Of a stretch of DNA of 64,000 bases, positions 53,754-64,000 are shown one piece after another; position 1 is the first letter of the stretch, and each line of letters opens with the position of its first letter. The translations under genes were made by a program, and so were the position numbers. The notes below the pieces were generated by a model. It was not told the DNA's origin. It saw nothing but the letters and a program-made list of their open reading frames with translations, and ran no database searches. The stretch comes from Octopus bimaculoides (lineage: Eukaryota), in assembly GCF_001194135.2 (NCBI RefSeq), contig NC_068985.1:102420702-102484701 (forward strand), given 5' to 3'.

Positions 53754-53876
53754 GAAGAAGAAGAAGAAGAAGAAGAAGAAGAAGAAGAAGAAGAAGAAGA
53801 AGAAGAAGAAGAAGAAGAAGAAGAAGAAGAAGAAGAAGAAGAAGAAGAAGAAGAAGAAGAAGAAGAAGAAGAAGAA
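53754..53876. repeat. (GAA)41 pure trinucleotide tract
   Basis: An uninterrupted 123-bp run. Confidence 0.95.
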
Positions 53877-54236
53877 ATGATTGTTGAAATATAAAGGGAA
53901 CGATAATGTACTAAATAAACGTTATACTCCCTGTGTTTGATCGCGCAGTTCTAAATCTTCATGCTGTTTTCTTTCGTGTTGTTTCTCCTGCGGCAGTGAG
54001 AAGACAAGACTCAAGTGGTCTTTCCTCCCACATGTTTAACAACAGGTCTCCCATCCACATGATTTTCTCTTCTACGGTTTTGTGGTTTTAGATTATTTTC
54101 CTACGGTTTTGTGGTTCGAGATTATCACCTATCGTATATCATGATAATAGTACTCACTTACTTACCCATTACTGTTCCAAGAGAATTGATGACGACTAAC
54201 CAAGCTTGAACGCATTTCCAATATTTTCTAACTTGA

Positions 54237-54458
54237 AAGGCGGCGAGCTGGCAGGAAAGTTATCATGCCGGACGAAATGCTTAGCGGTATTTCGTCTGTC
54301 TTTACATCCTGAGTTCAAATTCCGCCGAGGTTGAATTTGCCTTTCATCCTTTCGGGGTCGATTAAATAAGTGCCTGTTACACACTGGGATCGATGTAATC
54401 GACTTAATTCCTTGTTTGTCCATTCTATGTTTAGCCCCCTGCGGGCAATAGCAAAAAA
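54237..54458 (+). mobile_element. SINE family A, full length (tail type 1)
   Basis: aaggcggcgagctggcag...gagttcaaattccgccgagg...cctttcggggtcgat...tttagccccctgcgggcaatagcaaaaaa. Confidence 0.92.
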
Positions 54459-54630
54459 GGTATTTAGTCTGGTTTTACGTCTTGAGTTCAAATTCCGCGG
54501 AGGTGGACTTAGCCTTTCATACTTTCAGTGTCGATAAATTATTACGTACCAGTTGCGAACTAGAGTCGATCTAATCGACTGACCCCCTCCTCCAAAATTT
54601 CGGGCGTTGTGCCTTGAGTAGAACAGAATA
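54459..54630 (+). mobile_element. SINE family A, 5'-truncated (tail type 2), directly tandem
   Basis: ggtatttagtc...gagttcaaattccgcggagg...cccctcctccaaaatttcgggcgttgtgcc. Confidence 0.9.
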
Positions 54631-55600
54631 TGTATTTCCTTGACCCACGTCACTTTAAATACTGCGTTGCAAATTTATGACGATTCATATATAAACGCTG
54701 TATAGTCTGTATGCGTGATTTTGTCCTCATTTCATAAATCTACTCTTACGGAGAGATACGTTTGCATCGATTAATTGCGATAATACGCTTCCACGCTTTC
54801 ACTTGTACTATGTTTAATTTTTGGTACAATACCCATATATATCAGTCTCTCTGATGATAGATTTATAGATTTATATATTTGTGTGTATTGTGTAGAAGAT
54901 TTTCTGTTCCCGTCCTGACTCTCAGTTTCAGGGAGCATAACACCTTTGCTCACTACACCATGCACCTGTGCTACTTACCCTTCTAGTTGATAATTAAATT
55001 AAGCTTAATTTTTTTTTATTCGTCTCCCGCCGTTAACGGATGAAGTGTTAATGTTTTTCTCGGTAAAATGTTTGTGTTCATGATTTTACAAATATTGTGG
55101 ATTTTTGGCTCCTTGTCAATTTTTTTCTCTTTCTTGTATATCAACAAATTAATCTTTGATTTTCAATTTTCTTTGTCACAAACATTCGTCTGGTGAAACA
55201 TCTTTTTGCCATTTTTGTCGTTTTGCAAGTTGTGTAAGGCCAAAATTTTACTTATATCCGAAAAGAAAATTGCAACGTTCCAAACAAAAAGGTCTTGAGA
55301 GGATTACTTCAGTATCTAAACTCCCTTAGCTTTAAATATTCCTTGATTTCCACGTAAGCCAAAAGTATTCAAAATCCTTCGTTCCAATTTGATAAATTGA
55401 AAATATTTCGCAGCACGATAATATACATCTATCCATCGAAAATATAGTGACAAGCAAGACTTCGAACAAAGACACTGCGAATCGTTTGCATACACTTGTA
55501 GACAGAAAGAAATATATAAATACATATATATATATACTAATATATGTGGTGGGATGTAGGTGAGAATGTATGTTAAGTACACGTACTAAAGGTTAGAGAT

Positions 55601-55647
<47 letters not shown>

Positions 55648-56163
55648 TATGTGCCTGCGCGTATGTATATATATATATATGCGTGTGTGTATATCTATTA
55701 TATGTGTATATATGTGTGTGTGTGTATTTGTATGTGTGTGTGTGCATATATAAAAATATATAGGCATGTACTCACGTCCACGCACACATATATATATATT
55801 CATTACTTTTTTGTTTGTAGGCTAATAACACAGCGTCTCAATAACAACAAAAATGTTAACTATGACCATATATATTACCTTCCATATACGCATCGTTACT
55901 TATAATTTATTTTGGCCACCATCTTGACTTCTATTTGCGGAGCTGTGTGATGACAGCAATAATATATCAATAATTCAATTCCGACATGTTTATGAGCTTG
56001 TATTTTCTTTCGGTTTACAGAAATTCCTTTTTGAAGTTTCACTGACTGTTTTTAGTATAGACTGCTGCAGTTATATTATGTAACAGATCAATAGATTTAA
56101 GGAAATATTACTCTTAGGTATGATATTGTTGTAGATTTTAGTAATATGATTATTATTATTATT

Positions 56164-56560
56164 CATATACACTTAAAAGATTAGACTACTAGAAAACAAA
56201 AGATTCCTAACTTCAGGCTACAAGTAGCCTTACATGCCAAGAACCCTCCTAAGTATCCTAGCTGTCCCTAATAACATTGATTTCTGCAGCTGTATTAAAC
56301 TGGGTTTTATGCGTATTTCCTCTATCCATCTCTTCAGATTTTTAAGTATAGTTTCCAATGCATCTGTAACTTATAACTACTGGAATACATTTTACCCGCA
56401 TTTTTCATACTCTCTCTAATTCAATGGTTAGATCTTGGTACATTGCTATTTTCACTCGACTTCTCATATTAATTTCCTCATTATTTGGGACTGTGAAGTC
56501 AATTATCTGACTATTTCTATTCTCTTAATCTACTACTACCAAATCAGGCCTTCTAGCTTA
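56164..56560 (-). mobile_element. R4/Dong-type non-LTR retrotransposon 3' fragment (restriction-like endonuclease domain and 3' UTR)
   Basis: Minus strand reads RRPDLVVVD*ENRNSQIIDFTVPNNEEIN..RVKIAMYQDLTIELERV*KMRVKCIPVVI/ALETILKNLKRWIEEI...LQKSMLLGTARILRRVLGM*. This is the RPD...D...EK..KY RLE motif. (TAA)n lies on both sides. Confidence 0.85.
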
Positions 56561-56567
56561 TATTAGT

Positions 56568-56626
<59 letters not shown>

Positions 56627-57028
56627 AATAATAATAATTATATTAATAATAATAACGNNNNNNNNNNNNNNNNNNNNNNNNNNNNNNNNNNNNNNNNNNN
56701 NNNNNNNNNNNNNNNNNNNNNNNNNNNNNNNNNNNNNNNNNNNNNNNNNNNNNNNNNNNNNNNNNNNNNNNNNNNNNNNNNNNNNNNNNNNNNNNNNNNN
56801 NNNNNNNNNNNNNNNNNNNNNNNNNNNNNNNNNNNNNNNNNNNNNNNNNNNNNNNNNNNNNNNNNNNNNNNNNNNNNNNNNNNNNNNNNNNNNNNNNNNN
56901 NNNNNNNNNNNNNNNNNNNNNNNNNNNNNNNNNNNNNNNNNNNNNNNNNNNNNNNNNNNNNNNNNNNNNNNNNNNNNNNNNNNNNNNNNNNNNNNNNNNN
57001 NNNNNNNNNNNNNNNNNNNNNNNNNNNN

Positions 57029-57071
<43 letters not shown>

Positions 57072-57774
57072 GTTGTTGTTGTCATGTGGTTTAGGGTTTT
57101 GACACACTGAGATCAAAATCTGACGGGGAACAATTTTCCGTTTCTTGTTTTCGAAGTCGATTTATAAAATACTAGTTTTGTACTGAAGACCTCTTTTCTT
57201 CTCTCCTCTTTGTCTCAAACATCCCCTCTCACCCTCTCTTTCTATTTATCCCTCACAATTTCTTCCTCTTTTATTGTCTCTTTTGTAACTGAATTGTATT
57301 TCCAAAGCACTATCTCAGTCATTTTGTTTCACGTTTCCACATAATTTCATGAAGAGGAAATCAGTAGATTAAAGAGTTGAATTGACATCGTCGAGAGTGA
57401 CGGAGCATCCCACGAATTAAAAGGGTGAATCGTTTTTATTGTGATTTCGTAGGTTTTACATTTCTTACATGTTGCAATATTTACATATTTTATGAGTGTT
57501 TCACATTGTCTGTAAGGCATCAGTTTTTGCTGACATTTAGTTTCTCTTTTCACAAGGGACAATCGATTGGTGATATGATTCTTATTAAGTACTATATGAA
57601 CATGTTCTAATGTATCACTGGGAAATATTAAGAGATAGGGAAACTATCTCCTTTCTCTTTTCTCTTTTCAACTTACTTCATTTCGAGTATTACTAAATTT
57701 CAGTTGACCTTTAATTTTTCCACGAATTAGAGAGCATTTATATGTTATGTGATGATTGAACCGAGGAGGTCACG

Positions 57775-58010
57775 TCGTAGCTAGCAGAAACGTCAGCACG
57801 CCGGGCGAAATGCTTAGCGGTATTTCGTCTGCCGTTACGTTCTGAGTTCAAATTCCGTCGAAGTCGACTTTGCCCTTCATCCTTTCGGGGTCGATACATT
57901 AAGTACCAGTCACGTACTGGGGTCGATGTAATCGACTTAATAAAAAAAAAGTCGGTGCTCCAGCATGGCTACAGTCAAATGACTGAAACAAGTAAAGGAG
58001 TAAAGGAGTA
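57775..58010 (+). mobile_element. Chimeric SINE: family A head and core joined by an A-run to the family C 3' end
   Basis: Family A to 57940, A-run 57942-57950, then gtcggtgctccagcatggctacagtcaaatgactgaaacaagtaaagg. Confidence 0.85.
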
Positions 58011-58106
58011 ATGCTCTATTAAACACATACATTAAAACCCGTATCAAACGACAGTAGCAACAACAGCCGCAGCAGCAGCAGCAGCAGCAGCAGAAGAAGA
58101 AGCAGC

Positions 58107-58165
<59 letters not shown>

Positions 58166-58618
58166 TAGTAGTAGTAGTAATGCTGATGATGATGATTGAC
58201 AGATGATCTCTAGAACCATACTTTGTACAAATCCCAAAACATGGCAGTTATCAACCACCCAAGTCATCATACCGACTTGAACTTCTGGCTTGTCTCTTGA
58301 GGTCTCAAAACATAATCACCCAAACATATAACAATAACAGTCTCTGATTTAGGCAGAGGGCTTCTAATTTTGAGGAAAGGTGGTTAGTCAATATTACGCT
58401 GTTGTCCTAGACTGGCACTTTATTTTATTGTTCCCCAAATGATGAATGGCAAAGTTAGCTCCATCGAGATCGAGTTTATTCTTCGTTATCTATACAGAAC
58501 GTAAAAAGTGATGTTAAAATTCGTATATGAATTTAACGTAAAGTAGTACATGGATAATGAATATATGCAATATTTGTGCCTGCGTGTGTATGCATATACA
58601 TAAATGTGTGTATGTATG

Positions 58619-58652
<34 letters not shown>

Positions 58653-58670
58653 CATACATATACGCATATA

Positions 58671-58845
58671 TTCCTTTATTCTTTTACCTGTGTCAGTCAA
58701 CAGACTGCAGCCACGCTGGGCCCTTGAAGAATTTTAGTCGAACGAGTTGATACCAGTACACATTTAGTCAAAGCCTGGTACTTATTCTAACGGCCATTTT
58801 TACTGGACCGCTAAGTTACGGCGACGTGACTCGCCGTTCAAAACA
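58671..58845 (-). mobile_element. SINE family C 3' half
   Basis: ttcttttacctgtgtcagtca..gactgcagccacgctgg...aagcctggtacttattct...gaccgctaagttacgg. Confidence 0.8.
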
Positions 58846-58879
58846 TTGCATATGAATGTGAAAAGTTTTGGTCTACTCA

Positions 58880-59330
58880 TTCACACACACTAGACAGAAG
58901 CTATGTGCATGCCAGGCTAGGATTATCCAACATAATTGCTTAATGTCCCTTTAAATTCCTAAATCCTTGAGAGGTCTGTAAGCCGTCTGTTCACAGCTCA
59001 AGAACAATTGTCAATTGAAAGTTGATATGCCTCGCACTAGATGTCACAACCTTCCAGTGGTCTCTACATTACATTGAATTCTTCACAACGCAATAATGAC
59101 TCATTGTCATTTTTCTGACTTTGCTTAGAAAGTTGATAACGTCATCGCTGCAGTTTTTAGTTGTCCGGCCTTCTTGGCTCCGGAAGGAGAGCCAATCTTA
59201 AATTCTTCGGTATATTGTCCTACTTGTTTTTCTTTCTCTACGTTTTTTGTATCGTATCTTACACTGTGTCACCCCTATCCACTCTTCATGTCTTCGTAAT
59301 TATTACAGAGTCGTAAAAGATTGCAAAAAG
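58880..59330 (-). mobile_element. Probable RTE-clade LINE 3' end (decayed)
   Basis: Minus strand reads ...RRI*DWLSFRSQEGRTTKNCSDDV...*CRDHWKVVTS, resembling the RTE C-terminal W.P...R..GRP..RW.DD....DR..W pattern. Confidence 0.5.
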
Positions 59331-59720
59331 ACACATCAGCACTCAATCTATGAAAGGAAAGCATTACGGTTTACAGAAGTTCGTGGCACTGTAGCTCAGT
59401 TACGTATTGTGCAATAGTAAGATACAAACATGAAACAAAACAGTGCTCATAATTCAGTCTAATAGATCTGTCGTTATTTTTCTTGTAATGCAAAGCCGCA
59501 ATTACAAAAATAGAACTATTGAAATAACAATCAATTTTTTTTAATAATTATAAAGGTGTCTTATATACAACATTACCAAAATTTATTTTTCTAAACAACC
59601 CGTTTCTGTTATACATATTGTCAATTGTACACGGTTGTGTTCCGTATTTAATTAATTTTTTCATTTAAGATATACATCACTATTATTCTTCAGAAAAGTA
59701 TGAAATTTTAAAATTTAAAT

Positions 59721-59883
59721 TGTTTTTTTTTTCTTTGTAGGTAAGTGGCTCTCCCGCGTCTACTTCCGCGCCAAACTCTACAATTAACATGCATCATTGG
59801 AGCATGGCACACGCCTACAGGTGACCGAAAGTCCCTTCATATTTACATACATCGCCGCTGACACTGTCTTTTAGGAGGTAAGT
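59721..59883 (+). promoter_or_regulatory. Candidate recursive splice site with cryptic RS-exon
   Basis: tgttttttttttctttgtag|GTAAGT (AG 59739-40; GTAAGT 59741-46) and a downstream donor GAG|GTAAGT at 59878, in unique, CpG-containing sequence. Confidence 0.5.
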
Positions 59884-60052
59884 CACATCTTAATGGCAAA
59901 CAAGGACTCCAAATGTCGCACGCGTCCTTTTTATAATTTTTGCTTACCTGTGCCTACGTTTTTCTTTGTAATTATAAGCAAAAGGAATGCGAGTTTGTGC
60001 GTGCGTGCGTATCTGTGCGTATTATTGTTCTTGTTGTTAATTATAAAAATAA

Positions 60053-60273
60053 TGGTGGCGAGCTAGCAAATTAATTACGGAATCCAAATAGATGCCTTGC
60101 AAAAATTTATGCCGGTCCTCTACGTTCAGAGTTGGAACTCCATCAAGGTCAACCTTACCTTTCATACTCTCAGAATCGATAAAATAAAGTAAAATTCGAG
60201 TACGCGATTCACTAACTCCCACTAATCCCTCCCATCAATATCCCTAGACTTGTGCCTGAATTAGAAATAATTA
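60053..60273 (+). mobile_element. SINE family A (diverged)
   Basis: tggtggcgagctagca...tacgttcagagtt..aactcc..caaggtcaacctt.cctttcat...gacttgtgcctgaattagaaa. Confidence 0.8.
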
Positions 60274-60287
60274 GTATTCTGAGAAGT

Positions 60288-60322
<35 letters not shown>

Positions 60323-63300
60323 NNNNNNNNNNNNNNNNNNNNNNNNNNNNNNNNNNNNNNNNNNNNNNNNNNNNNNNNNNNNNNNNNNNNNNNNNNNNNN
60401 NNNNNNNNNNNNNNNNNNNNNNNNNNNNNNNNNNNNNNNNNNNNNNNTATATACAGGTTTGGCCAAACGTCACCTGGCAGTAAATCAAAAGATTTACTTA
60501 TGTTTAACAACTTAATGAAATTAATAAAAGCATCTAAATATGAAATATCATGAAAATTGTTCAAACTGAAGTCCTTCTTGAGCGACACATTTTCCCATTC
60601 GAGTCAATACATAATTACAGGTAATATTTATGGAATTTTTATTTATTTTCGTGTGACTTTAGCCAAAAGCTGTAGCAGGAATTTTTCCTTATGCAAAGGA
60701 CCCAATGATGTAGGCAATGTTCAGAGATTAGAATATATGCGTGTGTATATATGCTCGTGTTTCTTGCATAAACGAAATAACATTTATATGAATGTTGCGT
60801 TCATCAAAATGTATATATATATATATATATGTGTGTGTGTACGTGTGTGTGTGTGTGTGTGTGTGTACGTATGTATGTATAAATATATGTATGTATGTAC
60901 AGACATTCTCTTTCTCTCTCACACACACACACATACATACACGCATTATTGTAGCACATGGATACTGGTTTCAGAGGAACGTAAATACGAAATTATATTT
61001 ACACATCCACACATTTCCTAGATGTTGAAGTGAAACATTACATAGTATTACCGTTTCTGTATCATTTTTTTAAAACCAGAACCCTCCAAAACCAGCAGGA
61101 GTTTCAAGAAAATTCAATGTTTTCATTCTATGAGAACTGTGTAAATTTGAAAGAGATTCACCTTCAGAATCCAAATAACAATAATCTCAGAGGGGAGCTC
61201 TGAAATTATAGATAGAAACTTGCTATAGTAATGACAACATGATATATAATATGTTTAAATTATCTTTATGCTCTGTATATTGAGTATTCTCGACTTTCTA
61301 ATTTGATTTGATCGTGATAAGTACGTATGCATATATATATATATATATATGCGTGTGCGTGTAGATAGATAGATAGATAGATAGATAGACTGACAGACAT
61401 TTGTGTGTATTAGCAGTGTTGTGAAATATGCTACAGTATTGATTTGTACATGATTATAAATACATCCAGAAACGCACTCACATTCCTGTTTGGGCAGGCA
61501 AACACACGTCCATACATCCATTTATAAACCTAACATTTAATTATGAATACGTATAAGTACTCAGATACACGTGTCGCTCAGATAAAGAAAGTGCACCTAT
61601 AAATACATAATTAACTGTTTGTTCATTGAGCTAGAATTCACAGAGATTAGAGAATAAGATGTGGGGGGGGGGAATGTGGAATTGCCCTGGGGGGTCTACG
61701 CAAAGATTCTATAGCAGACGTTGTTAGCAAGCTAATTCTTTTTCATTCACAACTGTCTTTTGAAAATGGAAAATTGGAACTAATAAGATGCGCCAACATA
61801 TTACGAATTGAGAGAAAGATGGTAAGTGTCCGGAGGCAAAAGATAGGTGAGCAACAAGAATCGTTGCCAGCTATAGTCAGTTGCCAATTTGGCATTACTG
61901 CATTCCAAGATTTCAACTCAGTGTGATAGGTCTATTGAAAATTTAATGAAGGGCTTGCTTTTTCAAATATCAGAAAATTAGGATTTGCAGTTTAGTGTCG
62001 GATGTGGTAATTTATAGGAGTGAATGTTTATATAGCTCAATAGCTGTTTCGCTTTCATTTGGATTGATATTTCTTACATGTTTAGGAATGATGACGAATT
62101 TTATGGAAGCAAAATTAGAAAAATGTGCTGTAAAGTATTATCGACTTTAGATGAATGATGTTTCCTAGTGAAGGAAGCCATGACATAAACGTGGTGTGTC
62201 AAATTTTCGCTACTTGCTGATGATAGTAATGAATACTTTTAACACAGGTTTAAGTTCACCAATTCTCTCCTTTTTTTTTTGTGTCTTATGCAGGAAAGAG
62301 TCGATTATATTGATCCAGTAAATTGACAGATATTTTATTTTATCAATTTTATCGACCGCAAAAGGATTTGTAAATCAGAACTTAAGTGAACGTAACGAAA
62401 TTCTGAAAGGTTCTAAAGCCATTTTTGCTAGTCTAACGTTTTTTTTTTTCAATCTATAATGATGTGTAACACGGTAGCAATAGCTCAAGTTCATTAAAAA
62501 GATGTTGATATAGTCGATGAAAAATACTGAATGCATACAAATTGAAATGGAATCAGGATTATTTCACCTTCCTCGTTCATCTTATCCTACTCTACCGATT
62601 ATTTCGCTATTATATGACAATAATAGATTATTTCTATTAGGCACTCAAGTTGTAGAATGCATGAAAAAAGGGAAAATATATGCAGATGTTCATTTCTTTG
62701 CAAGTGAGTATATCTGATTCTTACAGAGATTTGAAACCGCTTCACTACTTCAGCTTTCTCATAACCTAAAGCGTTTGCTGTATTAATAAAATTGCTTTTA
62801 GCTTGCGCATTTATAAGACATAGAAATGAATTTCACTTATATTGCTCCTTTTATCAAAGGCATTGACAATCTATGGTTGTAGATCTTAATTTTATAAAAG
62901 GTTCCTTGGAGGATATTATCAGCACCTACCGAAAATAGGTAATCTTTGATAATTAACTTCGATATTGGGAACTCCTTGCATGGTGATACTCATAGAAATA
63001 ATTACAAGCAGAAAAGAGTGGATAAATGAAGTGCCATATAGCAAGGGAATATGTAAGTATCTATGTATGTCTATAAGCGTCTTGGTCGCAACGACTTCTG
63101 TAAGCGAATATGTATTTAAGTATGTATGTGTGTGTTTGTGTGTGTAAATACATCAGTTATATATGCATGGAAGGAGGGAGGGAAGAAGAGAGGGATGCAT
63201 GGGTGGATGGATGCGTGTGTACTGTGTAGAAAGTGTCTATTTTTGATCGTGTGATTCGTAAAATTTCGTTAAGGCACATGATATGAGTGTGTAATTTTCA

Positions 63301-63654
63301 GTAAAAAAAGGATAGAAAAAAAGTGGGAATAATTAAATGGAATTCATATTTGTTTGTTTTCCTTTCTAAAACTTTATAAAATATCGTTTTTAATGATTAT
63401 CTGACAGCAAGGTTAGATGTTTCTTTTTCGTACGAACTGAAATGTATTAATTATTTTCAAGAAATACAAATTATAATTTTGGAAGCTATTTTGATTTATA
63501 CAACTGTGGCCAAGTGTTTCCGAAAAGCATTTTTTATATAATTGAAATGTAGGTCATTCCGTAATGAATAATGTATGGATCAAAATAAATAGTACATGGA
63601 TAATTTCTTCGTATATCTACACATACATAAATGTTTTAATGTTCGTGATGTCTA

Positions 63655-63760
63655 GAAGTTAGTGTATCCGCTTCACATTCATAAAGTCTTGGGTTCAATT
63701 CCTGTTCATGACCAAAAAACATTCATCTCACTTTGCTCCCGTTTTCTCTCGTGAAATTGA
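63655..63760 (+). mobile_element. Degenerate tRNA-headed SINE remnant
   Basis: ttagtgtatccgcttcac...cttGGGTTCAATTCCtg (B box)...ctcactttgctcc. Confidence 0.4.
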
Positions 63761-64000
63761 ATCGCAGCTAAATCCAGAGCGCTAGTAGAACCCTCTCCAC
63801 CACTCTCCAAAGAGAAAGAGAAAGAGAGAAAGAGACAGAGGTGGGCATGTTTCTCCAGGTGTCACATGTTCGATGATTTGCTGGGTCGACAATCAGGGTG
63901 TGTATGTCCGCCTACGATTTCGTAAGAGAAAAATAATTAGCTAGCAAGTCTTGAATACGAAAAGCAATAACGAAATACTAAAATATAATTATAACAGTAG

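Overview
AT-rich, microsatellite-dense animal genomic DNA from a gapped short-read assembly. Almost every N-gap is flanked by (AT)n or (GT)n. The tRNA-derived SINE families look like those I recall from Octopus genomes, so octopus is the inferred source (not database-checked). No identifiable protein-coding gene is present. The supplied long ORFs are N-gap or microsatellite artefacts, so the window is a very long intron or intergenic DNA. The recognisable content is transposon debris: about 25 SINE copies in at least four families (labelled A-D here), a Penelope-like (PLE) endonuclease C-terminus, a Helitron helicase C-terminus, an R4/Dong-type RLE LINE 3' end sitting in (TAA)n, a probable RTE 3' end and a MITE. 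Best observations: (1) a near-intact type I hammerhead ribozyme with an unusually long stem II and a palindromic stem III in the PLE 3' region (1311-1418); (2) a tRNA-headed SINE whose 3' part is a hammerhead-like motif, present as a head-to-head inverted pair (42134-42690); (3) a textbook recursive-splice-site motif (poly-Y TAG|GTAAGT) with a downstream cryptic donor (59721-59883); (4) a 160-bp perfect palindrome centred on (TA)18 (33511-33670). All pairings and translations were done by eye, and no searches were run.
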